Program-made: the position numbers and the translations under genes
The notes under the pieces: model-generated
What the model was told of the DNA's origin: nothing
Seen by the model: only the letters and a program-made list of their open reading frames with translations
The model's database searches: none
Assembly (NCBI GenBank): GCA_051362555.1
Contig: CM120642.1
Location: forward strand, 14,756,001-14,820,000
DNA length: 64,000 nt
Source: Lingula anatina
Taxonomy: Eukaryota > Animalia > Brachiopoda
Direction of reading: 5' to 3'
In this document: positions 13,025 through 26,374 of the stretch, piece by piece
Layout of the letters: each line of letters begins with the position of its first letter
Position numbering within the stretch: the stretch's first letter is position 1

Positions 13025-16000
13025 TTTTAGCGTTATACATGACATAAGTCTCCAAATCACACCAAATGTTTTAAAAATTATAGGAGCGATGGGGGCGTGG
13101 TCATCTGGTGGAACGTCATCTGAGTTAATTCTGTTTTAAATTAGCACGGTTATGAACACGCCATATACAAGTGAACATTAGTATACCCAGACGATAAGTC
13201 GGAGTGAAACGATTTTCTGTCGCCTTTCAGCTAAAAATTCAAATAATATACACGTCCAATTTCCGTTAAACAAACACTCTAACAATTAACATTATACGCA
13301 CTTTTTGTTTTCCATCTAAAAATATCAATTTTTGCTGAAGTGTCTAGCATTGATTTTGCAGCACATAGCTTCGATGAAGGACTGAATGTAAAATGCAAAT
13401 GTTTGATGTCAATATTGCAACACTGTCATTAAAATTGCACCGCAAATAAGGTAAAAGATGACATCGATCGCTGTCTCGTGTCATTTTCTTTAATCACGGT
13501 TTTCAACCCGTCATAAAAGAGTACGGCACCTTGATGTTACCCATACCATATCGTAATTTTGCTGTGCTTTTACTCGGACATTTAAATGGTGTAATTTTTA
13601 AATTTGATACTTGTGCCTACAGTTAGAAGACAGGGAAAGCTGGCACCTGTCGCTGGATCTGTTTTCAAATTAAATTAACGAGTTTTATTAAAGGTTCGAA
13701 AAGTCCAAGGTGTTTCAAATTAGCGATAACAGGAAGGTTTGTTTAAACACATAGCGTGTAGTTGTTTTACCGTCTTAGATTCCTTCCTAAATACTTCCAA
13801 TGTCATAAAATCTAATTAAATATTTAAGAAATGTCGCCGCAGGGTTTAAATCGACGCAGATGAGTGGAGATATTGTTTGTATTTCTCAGCTTGTTAAATA
13901 TTTGAAAGTGTATGCAAACTTGCTTCTGTTTAATTTATATTCAAATATACTGTCCAAGTATCGAGAGGTTCGCGTGTCTTCAAACTGACCAGAAGAAAGG
14001 TCTCCAAGAAAAGAAGAAATAAAACTCATCGTTGCAAATAATTTACTTGAAAAAAGTAAAACATGCGTGCACTTTCATAAGTAATACACAGGTATTTGAC
14101 TCAGTGCTTTTATAGGCATTGGTGTATATTTCATATTTCATTTACTAAACATCATAGCAAATGATAAGCTGCTAACCGCACACAAACAATTTCAACACAA
14201 CTATTATTATATGTCCCATTAGCTCTCAACCAAAAGTTTGGTCCGAAATCCGTAGAACTTGGAGTCAGCCATCCTAACAACAAAGAGTAATTTGATGGGG
14301 GAATGTTGTTCAAAGAATTTTTCAGAATTAAAACACCATGCCTCTGATTCCATTAAAATACAATAATGCAATATAGTCTGAAGACATGCGGTTAGGTAGT
14401 TGAGTTTTCATTATCGCGATCAATGTTTCGCACATTATAGACGAAAACTAACATATAGAATCTTGAAACGTGATATAATCTTTTGTTTTTTCCATCATGT
14501 TTTCGGGTGTTAAATTCGTACGACTTTGAAATCCTAGAAGGTCGGCAAACGTTGACATCTTTGCCAACAAAGCGGTGCATAAAGTAAAGGCTTTTAAATT
14601 AAATCTTATTGAATACCATATGCTATTCTGTTAAATCAACTGTAAGAAAGCAGCACCAAATCTATGGGTTTAATTTAAGATAATCGTTGCGCGTATCAAA
14701 GAGCGTGACATCACAGTGTACAGAGTCGGTGCCGCAAGTTTACATAACTTTATCTACCATACTAAAGTCGCGCTTTGCATGTTTGCCTCGAAATATTTAT
14801 AGCTATTTCCGTAGGGTAAAAATATCACGTTGGCACCTAAAAGAAAATATTGTCCCAGCTTAAAAAGTTCAGAGGTTTACTTACGCTTTCTTTTGCTCTA
14901 TGTTGCCCGAGCCGTTGTGGAACTGTGGGTTCGCGATCTCAACGTACAGTTAATGATACGTGCCCACATATATCCTTGGGGGTCTTACATCAACCCGTCA
15001 ATCAAGACATGCAGCCAAAACTCAATAATCATTAAGTGGAAACACGGAAAATAAAGTTTCTTTTAACTTTAAAATTGAAAATATAATCGACAAAAGCAAA
15101 CCCTAAGTCACATGTCGTGCCTTGCTCCTTCCTTCGTGGTCATTAAATTGTCATTATTATTGTTTGTATTTTGTTTCTATGGTAATACATACCTGAACAG
15201 CTTTTAAAGATGTGACCATTTACAATGCTCCTTAAGAAGGTACGAATGACGCAGGGCCGTCCAACCTATCCATTTCCTTTTCAACCCAGTAACATCTGCT
15301 ACCTACACCTCATAACAGACTGGTGTAATCGGAAACGGTTAGAGGTTATACAGTATAATAAAAATATATAAAATTGCTGAGAGAAATTGGCCTGAAAATG
15401 AAAATAGATTTTTTGAAAATTATCATTGATCAAAATTATTAAAATATACCAATGCTATTTCAAGACCGTAAAAATGATATAATAATGGAACCTAAAACCG
15501 CCTAACCACTTACCGTTAGAGAGATGGGGTTAAATTCCCCTATACAGTCTCGCGTCGTAAGCTTTCAAAGGTGACTGGTTGGCGTTACTATTCTCTTGCT
15601 CTGTTTTCCTAATTCGGCTCCTTTTTTAATGCAGACAAATGAATTGGACTTGGCTTTTATTTGACTCGCTCTGATGATAAACACGGGATTTGGGGGGGGG
15701 GGGGGATAAAAACAGCCCCCCCCCCCCTTGTTTTGATGTCCAACATCGATAAGAGAACCGGGGTATTTTTCATTCTTTGAAAAATTGTATTCACATTTTT
15801 TTCCAATTTGAAAACTGGCAAGCATACTCCTACAAACGCGCACACACATCATCGTAGAAAAATGCATTCCTTTACTAATTTCGTTTGATGTCGAATTCAA
15901 AATACAGCTTTGGGGGCTGGTAATTGTGCTATATGTGTATAGCTGTGCTCAAATGTAACAGGTGAGCTGCTGTCACATCCACTCAATTTCTGAAGGTAAA

Positions 16001-17188
16001 AAAAGATGTCCCTCGTCTGCCTATCCAACAATGAGACGCAGTATTTTATGTGCGTTTTCCAGTCACATTTGTCAAGATCAGAAGGCAAACAAGTACTTTG
16101 CTTCATGTTTTCTTGTATGGCGTAAAATAATAAATAAAACCAAGAAAAACAGGAGAAAAAAAAGAAAACTAATAGAAAACATACTTGTAAAACAAATCAT
16201 CTCAGTGAAGACTATAAAATATTTCCCCTTTTCAATATCAAAAGTTTTTAAAACATTGCAAAAAAAAAAAAAAAAAAAAAAAACAGTATGTGAATATTTA
16301 TCATAAATCTGATGCTGGTGTACTGACATTTTTTCTGCAACACATTAAGCATGCTATGTTGACAAAATGGAAACCTTTTATAATACAACCGTTTCAGACA
16401 CGGCATACGTGCTAATATTTCGTTGACGTGAAAATTACGTACAGTGTAGGTGTAATGTACTTGATTTTTTCTTCATTCAGTCGGAAAATCCAAACAACAA
16501 CAACAACATTTGCATTATTCCTCAGGTTCGGCAAAATATTTTTCTGATGAGATCTTATACATAACACAGAAAACAGGCAGAATAAGCATGGAATTAAATT
16601 TAGGGGCCTCGTGGTTTCAGTCAATAAGTATGGCCCACATAAAGGTCTGTGATACTAGGTGCTGTATTAACTATTCGTGAAATGAAGAAATGAAAATATG
16701 CTACAACAACATTTCTTCATAACCTATAACTTTTTGAGTTGCAGAGTTGCAGACGCGCGTTCGATAACCAGCAAATTATATTGAAGGGTAAACAATAGCC
16801 AAATGTTTACTTACATTTTAAACTTTGCAAAAAAGTATATTGTATTACTGAAATAAATGGCGTATTTAGTATTTCTAATCCGCCATTGGTGAATCGAAAG
16901 GTTTCATATATTTTATATTGAATAGAATGCCGACAATTTTTTTTTCCACTCAAAAACCGATACAAAATTACAGCACACAATTTAGATTATCTCACAAGGC
17001 ACGGCAAATTATTTCCCGGGGAATTATATATTTACAAAAATAATAAAAGGAACATTACTAAAATGAGTTGTTTTTTTTAGACCTTAGTCTTTATTGGCAA
17101 AGTGCTTTAATCTGAATACACAATTGAACATTAGTTCCTCAAGTTTAATTCATAAAGTTGTCTTTCCTGAAATCGAAATTTATCGTTC

Positions 17189-20137
17189 TCATTTCGCACT
17201 TTTTTCGCACACAAATGATTCTTTGGATTCACATGAAGTATCAACCCATCCAAATTTGAATGATTCATGCATACACAAACAAAACTCGGAGGATGTGTGT
17301 GTTGGCTCGTTTGGTGCCCACCGTGTGTAGGTATCTATGGGCTTCCCAGTAGATTCCCATATCCAGTGGTGATTACTGTTTGGTGACACCTGGTGACCGC
17401 TGGTCCATGCACAATTAATCTGAAAAAAAAAAGGAATACGGAGCTGCACTTCTCTGATTTGTATGATATATTAAATGATGCATTTTATTACTAAAGCTTT
17501 TGTTGTTCATTGTAGTTACATGTACATGTACCAACAATGAAATTAAAAAACAGGCAGTACGGGTGAATGTTCAATACAAATAACAGTACAAATAAATATC
17601 AATGTAAGACGAATTTAGCGACGTACTCTCTGTACCTATTGCAATGGAGTGATGGCACATTTAAAACAACGTACATTAAAACCTTCGAGCTGCAGGGACA
17701 AGTAGTTGTCCTCTTGGTATGATTCTATTGCCACGAGATCTGCCCCCATGGCTTTACAAATCAATTTTGCCTCAGACGCAGTTTTAGGTATCCAACCAAT
17801 GTAATAACAGCGGCCATTAAAATCATAATCGAAGAATTTTCCACATGCTCTCCTTTTTGTGGTAGACCGTTGAGCCAAGGACTCTGAATACGGAAAAAAT
17901 AACACCAACTGTCAAAGTATCATGGTTTTTGTTTTGTTGAGAATATTTGAAAAATCCATTTCTTTATGGATTGTAATACAGACTTGACATTTAATATGGA
18001 ATATTTCAGTTTTAAAGGTATATCTAGGTAAAAATGCGTTCTTTTTTAAAAAAATCAGATCTCACATAAGATATCTGACTGGAGAAGTATGAGGTCAGGT
18101 GTGTCGCTACCAATTAACTGACTACCAAGTCTGTTGCACTGCTACATTGTGTAATATGCAGTGGTTTAATTGGCTAGTGCTCCTTTGGGCTGGTCAAAGC
18201 TTCCCTTTGATGAAGCATGGTTCTGTCAAAAAAGTATCCATATGTCGGCAACTACTGTATCGAAGAATTTGAAATTTTGCATGCAAGTGGTCGGTTTTGC
18301 AGTGCGTAAAATGAGCTAAGCAGTGTTTTATGAAATTGGTAAGCTGTGCCAGAATGGCGCGAAAAAGACAGACATTGCCAGACAAATTATTGTGTCAAAC
18401 GGAATGGTCTGCACAATCTTATAGAGTTATGCCCAGACTGATGCACCTACACAGAGACCACGCCCAATGTATCGACATCTTACCACCAGAGTACAGAACT
18501 CATTGTCCTTCAGGATATGCTGCTGCAATTAAACCAAAACCACGATAAGTCCGTTTTGAATGAGGGGCAAATTGTCTCCAAAACGCGTTTTTCAAAGCTC
18601 TTAGCAAACACCAAAATGGTTTCAGCAGGTTGGGATATCAGGCGACCTCTGAGGAAGTCCCTGTAAACAGCAAAACAGCGTAGTCTGTTTCTCTAATGAA
18701 TTGGGGACCATGTCCGTTTGTGGGTAGAACACTGAAACTGCGTGGCTTTCTTTGTTGAGGTTAGATTTTACCCATACAGCTAAACTGGTCAAAACAGAGT
18801 TTACAGACATCTTGAAGAGGCCTACGACAAGGCGTGTGCCACATCTTAAGTGACTAGGGTCATTGACAGCGTCACTATTTGGAGTAGATACCACAGTGGT
18901 GCCAAAACACTTATGGAAGTCATCGATGAAAACCTGAACCAGATCAAATAAAGGAATACTCTGGGAACCACTTGACCATCATTTGATCGGGGGCACCTTA
19001 GAAACAACGATGAGATTACCGATTCACACAGAGCATGTGGGTAGGTCATTACTCCCCAAATTAACGGACTGCACGTCCTACGACAAAACTGAACCAAATT
19101 GGACAAGTTTTAACCGGTGCCTGGAATTTTATTCCAGATAAAACTCCAAAAACCAATCCTAAGGAATGCCTTGTCGCTTGAAAGCTCTGGTGGCAGCAAG
19201 ATGAGGTCCGGCGTAACAGCGACCATTGCTGTGACTAAACACTGACATGAGGGACCTTTTTGGGGCGTGTAACTCTTTTAAAGACGATAATTCGGAAAAT
19301 ATGGAGATCCAAAATATCGCTTTCAATGGTTTTCGTATGACTTAAAATAGGCAATGCATTTTTGTTTGCTTCACTGGCGAATTCAGTTAATGAACTGATG
19401 TCACAATGACATCGAACAGATTATCAAAAGTAAAACATGATTTTAATCCTTATTTTCATTTATCATTCAGCAAAATAGGAAAAAACTGATTAAATGTGAT
19501 TTGGAGAAAATATTCCATATTAAAATGTCAAGTCTGTATAAATACCGATGTGTCTTACTTATATCGGATGGATAAAAGTACATCTAAATTACGGTTTTAA
19601 TAACTAATATCCAATTGAAAGGAATTTTCTCTTAGTTCAATTTCATGGTCTTTGTGCATTATTAAATAGAAAACTGCCTGTTTCATGCAGATAGCATATG
19701 CTGTTCAGTCTTTTTGATTTATGGAAGCCTTATTTACGTGATTAATGAACCCAACCACCCCTCCCCAAAAAATAATAAAATGAATTGGAATTATTAGGTC
19801 AGTAATTTCAGAAAAGGTTACCTCTGTGTCAAAGTGTTAAACATTACCTGTAAATCGTTTCTAAAATGAATATTAAGTCTTTTGATAGTTCAAATGTTTA
19901 AACAAGCCACATAGGTAAAAATATTCTCTAATAACATTTTATCATTTTTACCATTTAAAATGCTCTTTGCGTATTTTTCAATGCTGATAATTTTAGATTT
20001 CGTGAAAACACACAAACATACGTAAGTTTAAATCAGAGACTAATTAAAAACTTAATGGACTGTTGTATTGGTTCGTTACCTCCAAAGACAAAACCCATGC
20101 CAAACAGTAGCAAGAGAACAAGAGGACCACTAGCCAT
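17189..20137 (-). CDS. Secreted single-CRD C-type lectin, copy A (about 165 aa)
   Basis: Exons 20137-20080 (signal peptide MASGPLVLLLLFGMGFVFG), 17883-17675 (C..FNGRCYY..A.LICKAMGADLVAIES.QE) and 17419-17189 (WTSG..W.W..W.PNEPT..C..WVD..C..FVCEK*). Phases 1/0 are consistent. Confidence 0.9.
17979..19536 (+). mobile_element. Tc1/mariner DNA transposon (1558 bp) with decayed transposase, in intron 1 of lectin A
   Basis: TIRs cagacttgacatttaatatggaatattt / aaatattccatattaaaatgtcaagtctg with TA duplication at 17977-78 and 19537-38. Empty site gcaaTAtaaatacc at 27173 in the paralog. Plus-strand remnant SVTIWSRYHSGAKTLMEVIDENLNQIK*RNTL..HRA (about 18865-19040) resembles Tc1 GSVMVWG..GNLN..Y.DIL..HRA. 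Confidence 0.9.
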
Positions 20138-20374
20138 CTCGAGAACAGCGCACAAACAGATTTCAACTTCTTCTAAGCGATGCCCGAGTCGAATGAAGAG
20201 GCGTCTCTTATGCGTTTCGTAGTTAAAGCATTCTTAACTATAGGAACAGTCGGTCATCCGGGCACTTTATTTTTAGCAACCGGCATTTGGGGTAAAACAA
20301 TGCGGGCAACATGGCGGACCGCATTTACTTCTATGTTAAAGTTGACAGACTTTGTCCGAAGATATCATACTTCA

Positions 20375-21828
20375 TTATGAACATCATTATGAACACCTTA
20401 CATGATTACTGCATTAAGTGGAGACTGCAAATTAATAATAAGAAATCAAAAATTATGCACTTTAGAAGTAAAGGTTCTTGATTGTGTGACATACCAATAA
20501 ATATAGATAATAGAATAATTGAGTATGTTAATGAGTATAAATATTTAGGCTTTATATTTGATTGTCATGTAACCTATGAGTCCGGAGACAAATTGTTGTC
20601 TGAGTCGGGGGGTAGAGCGCTTGGATCAGTTATCAGTAAAACTAAAAGTCTCAGAAACATCAAGTTTAAATCATACCAGTACACGGAACTCTTCAATACT
20701 TGTGTGCCTCCAGTGTTAAATTATTCGTCTAGCGTTTGGGGTTATAAGTTATTTAAAAGCAGTGAAAGTATACTAAATAGAGCCATACGGCATTTTCTAG
20801 GTGTTCATAAGTTTGCTCCCACACTAGGGCTTCGAGGAGATACGAGTTGCATTCCTATACAAACAAGCGGGTGGCTGCATGAATATGCTCAGATGCTGGA
20901 ATAGATTGGTTTTAATTGATTCATCAAGACTAACGAAAAGGGTCTTTATCATAGATCATAATAAGTGCATAAATAACTGGTCTAGTGAGATATATGGTAT
21001 ATTACAAAAATTAGACATGACAAATAAATTTGAACGTATGGGGTTAGTGGATGTGGATAGATGTGCAGCATGCTTGAGAGATCTAGTGGCGAGTAAATGG
21101 GAGAGAGATTTGCCCTAATACAGTAAACTCAGAACTTATATACTATCTAAAAATAAATACAAGGTTGAGAACTATGTAACCCACGAATTTGATAAAATGA
21201 CTAGATCATTGGTAGCACAATTAAGATTTGGTATACTTCCGATTAGAATAGAAACGGGCAGGATTGTGAGAGAAAATGTGGAAGAAAGAGTGTGTGTGTG
21301 TGATGTGTGACTGTGGAAAGATAGAGGATGAAAAGCATTATATTTTTGAATGTGCGGCCTACGATAACATAAGAGAAGAGATGTTGACAAAAATAACAGC
21401 AACTGATTTAGACTTTTTGAACTTACATGTGCCAGAGAAACTTGCAAAATTAATGGAGAAACATATAAAAATATTTAGTTATCATATAAAACGTGCCTAT
21501 ACAGTGTATGATACGGAAAGAGTTCATTTATAATGAGTAACGTCCTAGTTTGTATATACATTCTACTATTTATACTTGTATGTAATTAATGTTTTATATT
21601 TCCATAGTTGCTATTAGTTGAACGTACAGCATTGCTATTTATATGTTTATTTATAAATTATTTATTGTTTCTATGTATTTTCTTGTTCATTAATATATTC
21701 GAATAATATAAATGAAACAGTGACTTATAAGCCCACTGGAGCTGGGTGCAAAAAGAAAAAAATGTATCTGTAAATACTTGCATTATAGCACAGGTCACTT
21801 AAATAAACAAAACAAACAAACAAACAAA
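20375..21828 (+). mobile_element. 5'-truncated non-LTR retrotransposon (RTEX/L2-like), frameshifted
   Basis: RT C-terminus LHDYCIKWRLQIN.KKSKIMHF..EYKYLG, downstream RFGILPIRIETGR and C..C...EDEKHYIFEC zinc-finger remnant, (CAAA)n tail, 9-bp TSD CATACTTCA at 20366-20374 and 21829-21837. Clade is uncertain. Confidence 0.88.
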
Positions 21829-24082
21829 CATACTTCACAGTGCTTGACATCTTGTGTCAGTGAGGAGGAGTTATTTACCTGGTTGATTTCCTTTACATGC
21901 CTTTGTAATTAGCTGCTGCACACCTGGTTAAGAGATAAAATCGGCCTTAACGTAAAAACACAAAAGTTGTCTGGTTTCATATCGAGGCACCACAGTGCTA
22001 TGGGAGATAAGAAACATATACGATGTTTGTATAAAAAATAATAATGAAAAATGAAAAAAAAAAACCTTCAGTATTACTTATCATTATTACTTATTAATTA
22101 CTTATAACTTATTTTGTCTTATGTCAACTTTTTAACAATTATCGCAAGTGTATTTTCATTTAAGAAAATCTTTGCCAGTGAGACTTGTATGGAGTGAAAA
22201 ATGAAAGAAAAAACAACTATGTACATGTACATATATATATGTAGTAATTTATTAGCAACAAAATGGGTATTTAGGCCATTATGCCCATGAAACAAAAGAA
22301 TTTATTGCACATTTCAGGCATGCAACCACTTCTTAAATGCTTGTACCAATTTCAATATTTAATTTAAATATAAAATTTAAAAAAATTATATAATAATAGT
22401 AGATTCTATCAGATGTATCTTAAATCAATTTTAACTAGTTAAATTTTATCTGTCTAGACGGGAGTGTACCCCTCAGCTAAATACTAAATACTATTTTAAT
22501 TTTACAGCAGCTAAATACTATTTCAATTTTACAGTAACATTACAATAACCTTAATGTTCTCAGCAGATGAGATACTAGTATTAAATAATTTTTAATCAGT
22601 TGAATTTAAATTGCACTGATGTCACTTTCCATCTTTATTTATATCAGGCTTTATCTTTGGTAATAAAAAAAAGCAAAAAATCCACGCTGCCACCAGACAA
22701 TGGCAACACACTAATATATGCAGACATGATTTTAGCATATAAAATACCCCAAGCTATGATATATAATTGTATATAAAATCAAGGAGTTATAACAGAAAAA
22801 TGTCTATCTCTTGTCTCTTCTTAACAGCAAACAGTACGCATTCCTTATATGTCCTTTTAATAAGAAATATGTGGCCCTTGCAATGCTGTTATCTGAAAAA
22901 TGAAACAAAGGTAATTTTAAAAATTATTTCACACAAATTCATATTTGAATGTTTCAAAGGTTTTATATTCCAAAGCAACTTTCCTCATTAAAATTACTTT
23001 ACATATATGCAATATCTGTACTACTGTATTTCATACCTTGGCTATCAGACCATAGCAGAATCCATAGTTTATACAAGGTATGTGGGCAGTCAGCTGTTAA
23101 GGTGTTGTTATGGTTAAGACTTAAGAGTTTTATAAAAGTTGTTGAAGACCTCTCACTTCCTGTCTCTTTTCATTTACTGAAAAATATATATAGCACATTA
23201 GTAATCTGTCTTATCTAAATAAAATACAACCAATTAAACACCTGTAAAAATAAAATCTTCGTTTTACTCTGACAATTAAGAAGGTTCTATAGATAGTGTG
23301 TAACTCTACCCTTGACAAATCATAGCATTCGTTGAAAAATTGAGAAGTTCAGATCATGGTAAAAATTAGGTCAAAGGTCAACAGTGAGACTGCCAGAATA
23401 TGACCTCCTATACAAGTTCAATCAATGGTAACAATGTCCGTGTCTCTGCCAGTTTTCGAGATATAAGGGATAGAAAATTTGCAAAGTTCAGTTCAAAAAT
23501 ATATTTCCATGTAGGATTTGTGTCTTTATTATAAAGAATAAAACTGTAGGGCACTCTTAGTTTTGTTGTACCACTCAATTAGAAAATTACACTTAAAAAA
23601 ATATGAATTAGAAAATACAGTATGTGTAAAATTCACAACTGTCTGTGATTTTTCATTGAAAAAACCAAGTACCTAGTCCATTTGATTTTGATAAAATGTC
23701 GTTCATTTTTTAAAGAAATTTCGAGTTGCCCCATTAAGAACATACAGTTCTGTTGTTGAAGACATATCTTTGTGAAAGTGTGCAACTCAAAGTAACAAAT
23801 TTTCAAATAATTCTGTAGAAACACCTAATGAAATACGAATATAATAAAATCAAATCAAAGCCTATGATCAAAGATTGTCATCTAGATTGAATCATCTATT
23901 ATTGATATTTCAATCTAAAAGTGTGCAACCCAAAGCATTCATATTCTCTAACCCAAAATAATTATGTGGACAAGTCCACTGAAATTTTAAGGAAATCAGC
24001 TTTGACATCAAGATTGGGTCATTTATTATTGACATATCAATCTAAAAGTGTGCAACCCAAAGCATTCAAATTCTGTAGCCTG

Positions 24083-24255
24083 AAAAAAGTCTGTGGTAGC
24101 ACCATCTGATTGTATCATTTATTATTACCGTTCAGTTAATTAAATTTTGAAATGAAAATCCAAATATAGCAGTTATGTAAAAAGTCTGTGGTAGCACCAT
24201 CTGATTGTATCATTTATTATTACCGTTCAGTTAATTAAATTTTGTAATGAAAATC
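24083..24255 (+). repeat. Local tandem duplication (about 96-bp period)
   Basis: aaaaagtctgtggtagcaccatctgattgtatcatttattattaccgttcagttaattaaattttg occurs twice. Confidence 0.85.
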
Positions 24256-24299
24256 CTACCTTCCTACAACTACACCCTTTCATTAAGAAATTAAAATTA

Positions 24300-25520
24300 T
24301 CCTGTGCTAATTTATCCACCTCATTTGTTAAGAATTTATATTTGAGTTTCCCTTCTTGTAACTGGTACCCCCATTCTAAGACATCTCAATACTCTATCCT
24401 ATTCTGGCCTGCTTGTCCCCACATCTGTGCTATATAACAAGTCCTTAACCAGTGTAACTCTAAAATAAGCTATCTTCTAGTGGCAATACATGCTCCAAAG
24501 ATTCTACATCTAACAAAGCCGACCTTATATTACCTAACCAAATAGAAACATTTTCTGAATAACTGAGATCTTTATTAAACAAACTTCTGAAATAACTAAT
24601 GGGGCTACTGTCTGGATTCACTGACAATCACTTATTATGGTATGCAGAACTTTTCTTTTCCTTGTGTAATTCCTTCTCTCATCTTGTTTTAATATCTTAT
24701 GTTTAAGAAACTGTTTAAATTCTTCGTTACCTACATTAAGAAAGTTCAACAAATCCTGACGCTGATTTTCATTTGCCATCTCTTTGGTAAAAATGTGTAT
24801 AAGTGGGATTTTATTGTCATTATTTAATCTATCTAGTCTGATGCTAAAAAGTGGCTTGCATTGATGTTCTTTAAATAATCTCTTACATGTATGTTGTTTT
24901 CAAACTGTAACTTAACAGCATTTTGTTTGTAGGGTTCATCTTGTTTTTTTACCATGTGGGAGAATGTGTTCAATGTTTTTTAAGACTTTAGCTCTAAATG
25001 GCAGGTAATAAATCATCCTATTTAACAAACTGTCTGAAGGAGAGTCAATGGTTTTCTTTATATCTCTATTTATGCAGCTTTCATGTGCCTCGTCAAGTGC
25101 AATGCTACTGTAAGAGTGTCCAGTAATGTTGACAACAAACCCTCCTAATTTGAAATGGTTAACAACAGATTCTGGAAATACCTTTAGATCAGCTAGGTGG
25201 TGGGGCAGTAAATGGTGGTAGAAATTGGACTGAACGGAATGAATAAGTTTACAAATGTGCTTAACTGAATAGTTTCTTAGCAACCAGTTCCCGGTGCAAA
25301 TAGCTAGATAGTAGGCTACATACACAAAACAGTCCCTATGTATAAAATTGTGCCAGAATTCCTAAGTCTCATCCTTACTAATCATGAAAGAAGTAAACTT
25401 ATCAAATTCCTCCCTAATGTCTTTTGTCTTATTCTCTAATGTATTAAAGGATTCCATATCACAAGCTCCTTTATCTGTGTCTATCCTATTGAGAACTTCA
25501 TCACGCGAAAACTTACAACT
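24300..25520 (-). pseudogene. Decayed ORF of a putative large DNA transposon (DUF6589-like; tentative), boundaries approximate
   Basis: ORF 24936-25325 has GNW.LR..Y..LLP.HLADL..F..GGFVV..TG..YSSIALDEAHE..INRDIK, a motif pattern typical of repetitive transposon-like ORFs in invertebrates. Flanks are broken by stops and frameshifts. Confidence 0.5.
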
Positions 25521-25525
25521 AAACT

Positions 25526-25783
25526 CTACATCCTCTTTTTGATGGTTTGTAAATTGGGTGTATGAAATTTCCCAAATCAGGCATAAATCACTCTGTCCTA
25601 TGAAAATGTGACAAAACCACTCGGGTGCTATAAAGGTCAGACATGACTATAACAGTCCAATTATTGCATGACTCCGTTTTCATAAGGACAATTTTATCCT
25701 ACTGGGTGACGTACTCTATACTGTAGACCAACTCAGTGATGACATTAATTCCACACCAAAACTCACAGTAGAAAAAATTGTCA
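25526..25783 (+). repeat. Interspersed repeat copy, also at 35780-36050 in torsin intron 1
   Basis: ctacatcctc.ttttgatggtttgtaaattgggtgtatgaaatt ... cacagtagaaaaaattg.catg is present at both loci. Confidence 0.85.
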
Positions 25784-26374
25784 TGGTCTGTGATACTAGG
25801 TGCTGTATTAATTATTCGTGAAATGAAGAAATAAAGATATGCTAGAACAACATGTCTTCATAACCAGTAACTTTCTGAGTTGCCGAGACAAGTAGTAGTC
25901 CCCCTGATACGATTGAACCCCCTGGCTCTCGACACAAACCAATCTCGCCTCTGACGCAATTTCGATAACCAGCAAATTATACTGAAGGATAAACAATAGC
26001 CAAATGTTTACTTACAGTTTAAATTTTGCAAAAAAGTATATTGTATTACTGAAATAAATGGCGTAATTTGTATTTCTAATCCGCCATTGGTGAATCGAAA
26101 GGTTTCATATATTTTATATTGAATATAATGCCGACAAATATTTCCACTCAAAAACAGATACAAAAAATTACAGCACACAATTTAGATTATCTCAAAAGGA
26201 ACGGCAAATTATTTCCCGAGGAATTATATATATAAAAAAATAAAAGGAACATTACTAAAATGAGTTTCTTTTGAGACCTTAGTCTTTATTGGCAAAGCGC
26301 TTTAATCTGAATACACAATGGAACATTAGTTCCTCAAGTTAATCTCATAAACTTGTCTTTCCTGAATTAGAATT

